From Oopsacas minuta (taxonomy: Eukaryota > Animalia > Porifera): a DNA stretch of 64,000 nucleotides. The DNA is taken from contig JAKMXF010000296.1 of NCBI GenBank assembly GCA_024704765.1, positions 203,309 through 267,308 on the forward strand. Direction: 5' to 3'. The position numbers and the translations under genes are program-made. This document shows, one piece after another, positions 53,175 through 64,000 of the stretch (positions within the stretch are counted from its first letter, which is position 1; each line of letters starts with the position of its first letter). The notes under the pieces are model-generated. The model saw only the letters and a program-made list of their open reading frames with translations. It did not search any database and had not been told where the DNA came from.

Positions 53175-56100
53175 TAGGGTTTGCAATCCCGAACCAAATT
53201 TTCTAATTCCGGGATTGTATATTATGCCCTAAATAATTTGCTTAAGTTAGCACATACTTTATGAAATTTATTTGAAAAGCTTTAATGAATAGACTAGATG
53301 ATTACTACAATAATGAAGAATAAATGAATGTAATAATATTAAGTGTATAATGAGTTATTGATAAGAGTTAGTGAATATTTATTTAGGAGCGATTGTTTCT
53401 AATAAAACAAAGATTGTTCAGCGTTGTACCACCAAGTCTACTTCTGAATCTATTGCATAGGTATGCACAAGAGGAAAATACACGTTCTGCGTCGACAGAG
53501 GTTGGAGGAACTGTGAGTAGCATTTGGTAAATCATTTCCAAAAAATGCCCTCTCTTCCCAGTCTGTTCAGCTATAGTGATTTCATATTTTAGGATAGATG
53601 ACAATGATTTCTTTGGATTGGTTATCTGTTGACTGGGTACCTGTAGGATGCATCAATTGCTAGTTGGAGCTTCTTCGCTACTGGTAAATCACCTTGATCT
53701 GAACTTTGTAATTAGGCACATTCACTTCATTTTCCTCCAACAGTTTTTCTTCGTCCTCCGCTTTCTGCATTAGTCTTGAAAGCAAGTCGTTGCAAAATGT
53801 CGTTATTAAACATCTTTTTTCTAGTTGTGCTTGTGGATTGTGTAGGCATTGTAGAATTACAGATGCATCTGTATACCGCTCCTGGACAATGCGTTGATTA
53901 ATAGCTTTTGGGATTGCTTCATTACAGGGTGGCTTTTAAGTTCTGTCCCATGCAAAAACTATTATTTATCAATATATATATATAGCTTGGTAATGATATT
54001 TATTGCTCTAATTTATGATTCAGAGACAAAACATATTTCGCGAATTTTATTCAATATAGCCTCCCTCATTTTGTATTACACGTGTAATTCGATCTGGCAA
54101 GGCCTCAATAGCAGCACGGAGGGTTTTTTGGGGAATTTTATTCCACTCTTGGCAAAGTTTCCTCTTCAGTGACTTGATACTTGTGTGAGAGTTAACACAA
54201 GCTTTCGTCTCGAGAATTGACCACACAGAATAATCCATGGGATTCAGGTCAGGACTGTAAGGAGGCCATTCTTCCTTGGTTATAAAACCAGGAAAATTGT
54301 CATGTAACCATGACTGGGTAACATTAGAAGTGTGTGCTGGCGCCCCGTCTTGCTGGAAAACAAATGAAGTACCTCCGAACATGTCTCGGCCTATATTCTT
54401 CAATACTGGCTCCAAAACCATTTCTCGATAATTAATTGAATTGATTTTTACCCCTTGTGGTACAAAAACCAATGGTGTCCGGCCCATTTTTGACACCCCT
54501 GCCCAAACCATCACCGACTTAGGGTTCTGTATTCGGCTAACATATCTGAACTTCTCGTCGACTTTGGAAGGAGATGATGCAAGTATACGATCATTTTGTA
54601 CATTGGTTGCCTCCTGGATAGTGAATATTTTCTCATCTGAAAATAATATTTTTTCTAGATTTTCAACAGCGTACCGGCCCAACGCACCTTTGCATCTTGC
54701 AACCCTTTTTCCTTTACCAATTGAGAAAGGAAGTGTACCTTCTTACGCTTGAATGAACTCATCCCTAAATCCCTTTTCACAATTTTAGTTATTGCACATC
54801 TTGATACTTTCAGATCTAGAGCCATTTTCCTTATGGAACGTCTAGGATTTCGGCAAATTCGCTGGGCGATGACTTTCCATAAGCTGGGGGTGGTTACTGA
54901 GCACGGACGGCCTGATCTCGCCCTATCTTCAACTTTTTCCAGTATCCTTGTATCGCCTAATAGTGCGGTATACAAATTTCCTTCTGTTTAGAGGGGGTTC
55001 AGGAGCTTCAAAATTTCCCTTGAAGGATGTCCTTTTGTAAATAATTCTACAATTGCCGACCTCTCACGTTCCATCACTAATAAAATTGAAATTTCTCTAC
55101 AATTGTACTCTGAAACTGTATATTTATGTTAAATACAGTATAATAAGGTAAACTAATAAGATATATCTAATAGCAAAGACTCAGCATGGAAAAATGATTC
55201 TTATAAATCATGGGACAGAACTTAAAAGCCACCCTGTAAGACCTGAATGGGAACTTAGTAACTCATCTAATAGAAATTTAATAATTACTTCTGCCGTAAT
55301 CAAGTTTGCGTCCCGCCTGCATAGTGCCTCTAGTGCAGCTTTGATTGGCCCCAGAGAGTGGATTATTCTTGAGATTTCCGTAATTTCATGATCGCTAAGA
55401 TTTATCACTTCCTGAAGGTCCAACAATACTTTTTGAACAGGCAGCTTAATCTTGACTTTCGTTCAAACATATTCAATATGAACGCCACCTAGTCTTACAA
55501 TCGAGTGTCAAATTTAGACCATTTGGATAAATTTCCTTCACATAACGTTGTAATACATCATTTTTCAAAGGTGAGCGTTTAAAGATCTTGACAATTTACG
55601 TATCTTATTCGTTAACTCAAGAATATCAAAGCGTAGACAATTCGTATTTCTTGAGCAACATCAGCTAGTACGATTAATCCATCAGTCTCATCATCTTCAT
55701 CCGCTATTTCTAAATCACTTTCTTCATCAGTTTCATTCGCACTTGAATAATAGGAAAGTTCTCCTGTGTTATGGGATTTAGAATAGAATACATTTTGAAT
55801 TACAAGTGGAAGATCATGTGCATAAAATAATTGCTGGAATAGTTGTATTATACGTCCGACTTTTCTCATCATGGCACAACCGTCTGTTGTTATAGCTACA
55901 ATATCAGATCCTAAATCCATTCCAAATTCATTGAGCTTCATTGATATCACTTCGGAACACTTTTCTGCCGAAAATCTACCTCTTATCCTGACCAATCCAA
56001 GGTTCCAAAAGGATTCTTTACCGTGTATATTGATATTAATATATCTTCTGTTTTGTAAAGATGTCCATTCATCAAAAGTAAGAGTAAACTTTTAATTTTT

Positions 56101-56867
56101 CGATTTACTAGTTCGCAAACTTCTGACAACTTTTTGGTATAAATTATCAGCAAAATTCATAACTTGTGCTTTAATTCCATTGACAGAATTTGGTAGAGAA
56201 TGGGCAAGAGCACTGAGAGATTTCTTAGGTCGGACGAAGTTACAAATATATTGAATGAAAGGCCATCATAAGCAGTCATTCTTGCTAGAATAGCTGAAAG
56301 ACTAGAATCACTGATGAAACGGTCAAGTTTTCCCGCTACATCAGGTTTGGAAATATGGTCTGAATAACTGCACGAGCTAGTCCGTTTTAGTACATCAATT
56401 CCATGGATAGTTATCAATGAACATGCAAACCTTTTGTTGATCCGCTATCGCACTTGATCACTTTCTTGCAAATTTGGCATTCAGCAAGTTTGGAACATTG
56501 TGAACGCTTGAAATTCTGCCAAATCTCAGCGCCTTCAAATTGTCGAAAGATAATATTTTCTGCTATCATGCAACAAGTAACTGGCATTCAACGAAAATGA
56601 AGTTTTTTTACTCCGACATACAAGTATAGATGAATATATTTAATGATATCATACTTGTAATTGAATACAAGGATTCTAACATATTATTATTTAACACGTG
56701 TACAACTATTGGTAAGGAATCATGTCTTGATTTACAAGGTATTCGCATCAATGAAATGCGGAGAGTATTCATCAAAAAGAAATTGATCCAAATTTCTAGG
56801 ATTATATTGAATCCCGGGATTCAATCCCGGTGAAAAATGTACCGGGATCCCGGGATTGCGAACCCTA
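53175..56867 (-). mobile_element. Complete BED-hAT element, transposase decayed and split by a maT insertion
   Basis: TIRs TAGGGTT(T/C)GCAATCCCG; TSD AATGGCAC / GATGGTAC; CCCGGGAT subterminal repeats. BED finger CQICKK..GSTKGLHVH, TFDEWTS, TTDG, PPTSVDAERVFSS. Confidence 0.92.
53925..55236 (-). mobile_element. maT (DD37D) element, full length, frameshifted
   Basis: Perfect 28-bp TIRs CAGGGTGGCTTTTAAGTTCTGTCCCATG, TA TSD. FSDEKIF, FQQDGAPAH...SPDLNPMDY with 37-residue spacing counted. Confidence 0.95.
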
Positions 56868-56881
56868 GATGGTACTAATAA

Positions 56882-59168
56882 CACAACTCAACAAGATTTC
56901 TCATCAGAGATCACATACATTTATCTTAGCATACTTTTGAATGCTGAACTCGAATCTGCAATCAGAATTTCTCTAGCACGTCTAGTTATTCTGAAATCTA
57001 ATATCCATTTTTTCAATAGTATAGTATTACCTAGTTACTAAATTGCTATATGAGCATGCCTATTTTGATTCAATTATCTGGAATATAAATGACTTTACTT
57101 ATTTGAATTCAAGCAAATCAAATTATAAACATGCATCGTAATTGTAGAACTCATCCCGACAATTTCTGTACGTTTGTGGTCTTTTTTGCGTAAAATCACA
57201 AAGACGACCAATCACAAATCAATTAAAGAACATATACAAATTGTACTTCGAATGTCCACTTGGTGACCAAGACAAGTCGTGGGCACCACATGTTATATGC
57301 ACTTCTTGTTCAAGTGGACTACGTGATTGGTTGAACAAAAGGAAAGTTTCAATGCCATTTGCAATACCCATGGTCTGGAGGGAACAGAAAAATCACCTTT
57401 ATGATTGTTACTTTGCCTTATCGACATTACAGGATTCTCAGCCAAGAATAAGCACGCTCTTGTTTACCCAGACTTGGATTCTGCTCGCAGGCCAATTCCA
57501 CACGACATCTCATTACCAATCCCAATTCCCAAGCCACAGCAAATTAAAATCGGGTCTGATATGGTGGAAGATGTTCATGCAGATTCTACAGATGCTAATA
57601 ATGTCCCGGAAGATGAATTACTAGAGCCACAAACATTTACACAGGGAGAATTGAATGACCTGGTCAGGGATCTAGACTTATCTAAAGACAAGGCTTAATC
57701 CTTGCATCCAGGCTCAAACAGAAAAACCTATTCGACAAAGATGTCCTAGTATCCCACTACCGCAAGCGAAATTTCGATCTCGCTCAATACTACACCACTG
57801 ATGGTCCACTGTGCTATTGTAATGATATCGAAGGACTCTATGCAAACCTATTACAAGAACATTCTTCCTCTGATTGGTGCCTTTTCATCGACTCGTCAAA
57901 ACGCAGTTTGAAAGCTGTTCTTTTGCATAATGGAAATCCAAAGCCTGGCGTTCCAATTACTCACTCCGTCTATCTCAAAGAAACCTTCGTCAATTTGCAG
58001 GAAGTTTTGGAGGCAATACAGTATAGAACACATATGTGGAATATCTGCAGTGATCTTAAGATAATCGGGCTATTGATGGGCTTGCAACAAGGTTTTACAA
58101 AGTATTGTTGTTTCCTATGTTTATGGGACAGCCGAACAACTGGTGAACATTATAAATATGTGATTGGCTGAAGAGAACCTATGAAGTGGAGAAAACCAAT
58201 TTACAGCATTCGCCATTGGTAGATCCAAACAAAGTTTTCTTATCCCCACTTCATATTAAACTTGGATTAATGAAAACATTCGTTAAAACAATGCGCAAAA
58301 CAAATTCAGCAGGATTTCTGCATTTGGTAGGCAAATTTCCGAAACTAAGCGAGGCAAAGTTAAAAGAGGGAGTATTTGTAGGACCGCAAATCAGACTAGT
58401 ATTCAGAGATCCAGATTTCGAGAAGACATTATCCGAATTAGAAATGAGTGCTTGGAATTCTTTCAAATGGGTTTGTGAAAACTTTTTGGGCAACAAGAAG
58501 TCGTCCAACTACAGAGAAGGAGTGGAAACCTTGCTTAACGTATACGAGAAGATGGGCTGTCGCATGTCGCTAAAACTTCACTTCTTGCACTCTCACCTTG
58601 ATTTTTTCCCTGAGAACCTTGGTGCTGTAAGTGATGAACAGGGTGAGAGATTCCACCAAGACATACAGGAGATGGAAACCCGATACCAAGGTTTCTGGAA
58701 TGAGGGCATGATGTCCGATTACTGTTGGAGGCTCTTCAGAGATAATCCCAACAAGATATATAAAAGGAAGTCGTACTCTCAACACTTTTAATTTAGTTAG
58801 CTACCTTTATAATTCTAGATGGATATGTATTTCCCCTTAGTTTGTGAGTAGTTGATACATGCATGAATGTGAATAATTATATGTAAGAGCTAGGATAATA
58901 ACTGATATTATCTTGGCATTAATCTAAAACATCGAAACGTTGATTTATTTCAGATGGCTATCATGTAAGAAGACAAAAAGACAGCCACTACCATAAAATA
59001 ACAGGAAAATTTAGGAAATACATAGAAATCGTTGACTTGTAGATGGAAAATAAGCTGGACGTGCTAGAAAGAATCTGGAAGCAGATTTGAATTCAGCGTA
59101 AAAAACTAGCTTAGAAAATGTCACTCTAATACTTGATGAGAAAATGAAGTAAATTTTGTTGACCTGTG
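56882..59168 (+). mobile_element. Complete Chapaev3-like (CMC) element, transposase pseudogene at about 57131-58791
   Basis: Termini CACAACTCAACAAGATTT / rc CACAGGTCAACAAAATTT; 3-bp TSD TAA/TAA. LGDQDKSWAPHVIC, DSSKRSLKAVLLHNGN, KYCCFLCLWDSR, PLHIKLGLMK, HFLHSHLDFFP, SDEQGERFHQDI. The family name is from recall. Confidence 0.8.
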
Positions 59169-59204
59169 TAATCAGTATATGAATAGCGATTCATCATCAT
59201 TGGT

Positions 59205-60093
59205 TGAAAGTATTCAATAATTAATCAACGTAATAATCACTGTTTATGGTTGTCTTCTCAGGCAACCAGTTGAGGTATTTAATTCCTTCCCTATCCCAAA
59301 ATACTGTTGCCATTCTCTTCCCTGCTGATTTTGCGGCCTTTACCTTAATGGGTACAGGTTCATCACCTCTCTTCCACTGCTTCGATTCAGTTTTGCTCTC
59401 TGGTTCATAATAATGAAACCAAGTTTCATCCCCCGTTACTATACGATCCAAAAAGTCTTCCTCTGTCTTGTATATTGAAATTGATTCCTTGCAAACTCTG
59501 ACCCTTTCGCGTTTTTGTTCTCTTGAAAGAAGTTTTGGGACCAAACACGCAATTACCTTCGACATTTCCAGATCTTCAGTGATAATTGAGTGTAGTGTGG
59601 CTTTTGATATACCTACTCTCTCTTCTAACTCTCGCAGGGTTATTCTCTGTCCACGTCCAAAATTGTTTGGACACTCTTGATATTACTGCTGGTTTTGAGT
59701 AAGTCGGACGACCTGGACGAGGGTCATCGTAGTTCGTAGAGGTCCTCATCGCCATTATCAAAACGTTCGATCCATTTATATATGGTGGCTCTCGAAAGAC
59801 ATTCATCACCCAAAATATCCTACATTTCACGAAGAATGTATGGGCCAGTCTTTTCCTTTTTCCACAGGTACCAAGTTATTTGTCGTTATCCATCTTTGCC
59901 AAAATCCTTTAGTTGGAAAAAGTAGCCTATACAAATGAAACTTTATACTGAAGAATATGCTAGTAGAGTAAAGAGCATATTGTATCGAAGTTAGACAATC
60001 AAGTTAGGCTAGTAATCAGATATTAGGCTTAGAGCTGTATTAACTAGAATATGATTTCGATACATTAGTCTCATTACTTATTGAACAACCTTG
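59205..60093 (-). mobile_element. mariner element, 3' half missing
   Basis: 5' TIR rc TA-CAAGGTTGTTCAATAAGT at 60093; IVTGDETWFHYYEPESK.ES.QW, GKRMATVFWD. Left boundary approximate. Confidence 0.85.
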
Positions 60094-60199
60094 TATATAT
60101 AGATGTATAAGAATGTGTGGGAAAATCAAAAAAATAGTTCATTTACAATATATCTCATACCTGGTAATCCATGGTACATCTTCCGAATCAAGAAATCTC

Positions 60200-60750
60200 G
60201 TGTTTGGCAGTCAACGTGTTAACTAAGTGAACCTTGGATGTGAGACATATGTTGGCACGGTGATTCGGCAGACGATTATATCATGGAATTTTGAATCCCA
60301 CAGTGAACAATATACGGTGCAATTCAATGTATTGAATTTTGTCAATCTCTAATGGATCCATCAAATACGCTACTTTATCACAAGTTGAGTGTACTACATA
60401 TTGGGTTGTAGTTACCTTGGCAATAATCTCCTTACATTTCTTTGAACTTGAGAAATCGCGTTCTTCTTGCGAAATCAAGATCAACACGTAAGAAGCGATG
60501 GTTATAGGAGCAACATGTTCTTTTTCAGCAATGGTTCTAAAGTGTGACATTAATGAAAGAAACTGAAGAATTAAGCGCTTGATTGACGCTTTATCAACAT
60601 GTATATATGGCACACGATTGAAATCTTTTTGGAAGGTAAGTGCACTCTGAATAGATTGGCTCACGCTCACATTGTGCTCTCGTGGATATACAATCGCCTC
60701 TGATATGTTTGGGAGTTAGCGGAAAAGTGATTCATTCCAAATCTCCAGGT
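60200..60750 (-). pseudogene. RAG1-like transposase N-terminal relic (copy 3), cut by the hAT at 60751
   Basis: ORF 60281-60670 (FLSLMSHFRTIAEKEHVAPITIASYVLILISQEERDFSSSKKCKEII..DKVAYLMDPLEIDKIQYIELHRIL..GFKIP) is collinear with 63250-63570. Confidence 0.85.
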
Positions 60751-62058
60751 CAGAGCTGCTAATGGGTCACTGACCCATGGGTCAATGGGTCAGATGGGTC
60801 ACTTTTTTAAGATGGGTCAGTGGGTCATGGGTCATGCGTTAATGGGTCATGACCCATCAAAATTTTATTTATATACAATGTAGGCTAAAAGAGTTATTTG
60901 TCAATTAGAAAACCTTCTAAATAGAGTTAATAGAGGTGGTCATTATACTAAATGTTTGGAATACTACAAGTGAGAGTCATATTTATGTCTTCAGGTATAG
61001 TAACTGCAATCATCAATTAAGTTTTCGTGTCTTAATCTTATCGGCAAACCTACTATGTACAATATTACCGGAATCTTAGGATTGCAATTCAAATAGACAG
61101 AAATCTTCAAGTATAAATATATATATCTAGACTGACATTTTTCATTTATATATTCCTCTGAGATCTTCTTACTGTCGTAAATGTCTAACAACTGTGAAGA
61201 TCTAAGGGCTGCTCTCCACCATGGTGATATGTTCTTATGCAACAACGACGACCCCAAGTGCAAAGCAGATGTGTGGAAGAAATTCCGATTGATAAAAATC
61301 AAAGCAACTAATGAATTACTATTTGGTTGGTCAGCCTGTAAAGATTGCTTCGTATGTCTAAAATTCAAAGCAAAACAAACTGATGGCTCTGTTAGATTAT
61401 ACGGAACTAAAAATCTCGCGGACCATTGCAAAACCTGCTCCCTCAAAGGGGAAACTCAATCTTCGGTAGCAAGTTTTTCAAGAAAACCCCAGGAAAGCAC
61501 TTCACGAGAGAAGAAGGGAAGCGAGTGAAGGATGCGGAGGTCCGTATGGTTGTTCAAGGTGGTACTTCATTTATGTTTGTCGATAATCCCGGGTTGAGAT
61601 TATTTGCTCAGAAAATGATCCAAATTGGAAGCATGTACGGAAATCTTGATGTTAATGACGTGCTTTTTGGTAGAGAAACGGTCAAAAAGTCTACATTTGA
61701 GAAAATGAATGAGTGTCAAGAGAAAATCAAGAAATCAATTGCGGAATGTTCTTTGAACAAAATGGTGGCATTTACTACAGATTTGGCGACAGATAACATA
61801 AACCATAATTCTTATCTCGATTTTACCGTGTTCTGGATAGATGGTTCGTGGACCCTGAATCATTCAATGTATCGATGTTCCTATTTTCCTGAAAAGCATA
61901 CTGCCGTCAATATAGGAAAAGTGATTGATGAAAATCTGTATGAACTAAATCTATCTCTTGTGGACACGCCATGTACTACTGATAAAGGATCAAATTTCAT
62001 ATGCGCTACTCTTGCTAAAACCCATGTTGATTGCGCATGTCATCGTATAAATACCGTA
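60751..62058 (+). mobile_element. Hermes-like hAT element, 5' part, truncated by the RAG1-like insertion
   Basis: Terminus CAGAGCTGCTAATGGGTCA with about 10 ATGGGTCA subterminal repeats. BED finger (ACKDC..TKNLADHCKTC), Hermes-type F.FVDNPGL..FAQKMIQIGSMYG, TTDLATD, TDKGSN, CACH. ORF homology stops at 62058. Confidence 0.88.
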
Positions 62059-64000
62059 CACAGTGGCACACCCCCTGGAAATTGGTCAAAATTTCAATCC
62101 GATATTTAGTAACCATTTAAAGTTCATTGGAAAGAGAAATATCCAATTACTTGAAATGTCTAAAATTGTTATGATCCATCATTTAGTTTAGGAACAACTG
62201 GAATATATATAAGCATTACAATTTCTTGCTCAGAAATTATTCTTGAAAACCACAGATATTCATTTATATCAATGAACTTAAATTCCAGTATCTAAGCAAC
62301 TAATACATTCCAAAGACTTCATTCCATTGCATTTTCGACTACTCTCTTATTATAGTGATTATATAAGCGGAGTTCAAATAATAAATCCTTAAAATAGCTC
62401 AAATATTTTGATAAATTTTTCTGTTGGATTTCTGTCGTCACTCAACTTCGAAGTCTCATAACTTCATCTGTCACGTTCTGTCAAGTTGTCTCATGAGTTT
62501 TATAAGACAGCATTTTTAATTCTCTATAAAATACAACAATTTCCAGGTTCCCGAAAATTCGCGCAAATATAGTTTTAATCACATGAACTTTTGAATTTAT
62601 CTAATATTTTTAAAAATTCTCTTTTCAAAATTCATATAAATATTATGGTTGCTTAGCGATATAATCAAAACGTGAAGTTATTTACATTTTTATGCTTGTG
62701 TTTACAAAATTCAGCTTGTAATTAATATAAATAAATGTTCCCATCACGTATTTTTACAAAGATTCCATTAAAAAATCAACACTCTTCTACTGTGAGAAAA
62801 AGTTTCGTCAAAAGTTCCTTAATTCTTAGATTTCAGAATGTATTTTATAAGCTTATAAAACAAACATGCATATATATATAATCTTACTTTTGCCCTGTAT
62901 TTACAATTTGTTAATAAATAATATATTAATTATCTAGAAAATGAACAACCTTCAAGCTTTTCAGTTTTATTGTGAGCATAAATTACTTAGCACCCGTTCA
63001 ATCGCAGACCAATTTATTTCAACTCATGGTTTTGATCGAGATCAGCAAAATTTCTTTCGTCTGAAGTTCAATGATATTCAAAAAGAGAGCCTCTTTTCAT
63101 AAATATTCGGACCTTGATACTTGGAATTCCATGTGCTTCTGTCCTCTGCCAAAGAAGCCTAGGTTAAGTGCCTCTTCTTCATTAACCATTAACTTTGAAG
63201 AAGACTTTAATCTTTCAAAAAAGAAATCGCTCGCTGACTTAACGACCAAAGGTTTGAGAAATCGGCTCTCTTCTCTTAAGTCTCACCTCGAATCAGTCGC
63301 TGAAAACGAGCATGTAACTCCAAAGACTCTTGCAACTTATCTCTTACTACTTTGTTGCAATGAGGAGCAGGACATGAATAGTGCCAATGTTTGTAAAGAG
63401 ATACTCGAGAAGGGAAACTCATCTCCTATCTACCCACAATTATCACTTGATAAATCTGCCTTTCTTTTCGATTCGCTTGAGATCGGTAAAACAAAGTATT
63501 TAGAACTTTGGCGTACGTTACTATCTGAAGATCTCAAGTTACCAGGCTACAATAGTGTAGCTAAACATCGGGCTCAAATTAATTTGCTGGATGAGGTGCG
63601 TATAATTCATAGAGAATTTCCATGTGGAGTAGCTATTTCTTACACCAGACTACTCACCCATACAGTTGAACGAATTGTATCTAACTTAAGTCCTGATAAC
63701 CTTGTCTATCCGCTGAAAGTTCGAGTATCCGATGGCTTAGATGGATCTGGGTGTCATCGAGTTTACCAGCAAGCTATATCTAACCCTGACCTCTCGACTA
63801 AAACCTTCATTTTATTTGGTTTCAAGGTTAACTCAATCATAAATGCAAATGATCATATCCTATGTAAACCTCATCATCCGAATTCGCCATTTTGCACTCG
63901 ACTAGTTGCCCTCTTAGCCCTACCAGAAAATGAAGAGAGTGTCAAGTTTTTGATGGACTCATTAATAAATAACGAAACTTCAACTATCGAAGAGAGTGGT
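62059..64000 (+). mobile_element. RAG1-like/Transib-superfamily transposon (copy 2), left end and first ~350 codons; runs off the window
   Basis: Starts CACAGTGGCAC exactly at the hAT breakpoint; RAG1-like ORF downstream. Confidence 0.88.
62941..64000 (+). CDS. RAG1-like transposase, partial. One +1 frameshift at the A5 run 63080-63084; alternatively starts at ATG 63071. Open to the window end.
   Basis: 310 stop-free codons 63071-64000: KKKSLADLTTKGLRNRLSSLKSHLESVAENE (NBD-like), VRVSDGLDGSGCHRVYQQ (Asp 63740-63742, D600-equivalent), PNSPFCTRLV (cf. RAG1 PNSELCCKPL). Absent from the ORF track, presumably because it has no stop. Confidence 0.85.

Noticed and set aside
1-64000. CRISPR array, prokaryotic operon or defence system
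   Set aside because: No regularly spaced repeat-spacer array or operon-like gene packing; the content is eukaryotic (splice donors, importin beta, animal-type transposons).
1-64000. Strand-biased (uni-strand piRNA-cluster-like) TE orientation
   Set aside because: Oriented transposase remnants split about evenly (10 minus, 9 plus).
1-64000. tRNA, rRNA or other RNA genes
   Set aside because: No cloverleaf, A/B box pair or rRNA motif recognised by eye; a covariance-model scan was not possible.

Overview
AT-rich (roughly one third GC, judged by eye) eukaryotic, animal-like genomic DNA that is mostly a graveyard of cut-and-paste DNA transposons and their non-autonomous derivatives. Recognisable elements are four hAT elements (Buster/ZBED5-like, ZMYM1-like, a complete BED-hAT with TIRs and TSD, Hermes-like), four mariner DD34D-type copies, two maT DD37D, two DD37E, two Tigger/pogo, one complete Chapaev3-like element, several MITEs and dispersed repeat families. 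Only two host-gene pieces were recognised: a first coding exon of importin beta-1 (minus strand, 52375-52843) and an exon with a centrosomin/CDK5RAP2 CM1 motif (36610-36880); I could not find downstream exons for either. The most notable content is four divergent pieces of RAG1-like (Transib/RAG superfamily) transposase, none recognisable as such from the ORF track. One begins with the RSS heptamer CACAGTG exactly where it truncates a hAT ORF (62059) and has a reading frame open from 63071 to the window end, containing an NBD-like helical region and the first catalytic Asp. A 3.7-kb element with 449-bp perfectly identical inverted arms (47346-51077) is also unexplained. All assignments come from manual translation and motif recall; no database search was run.
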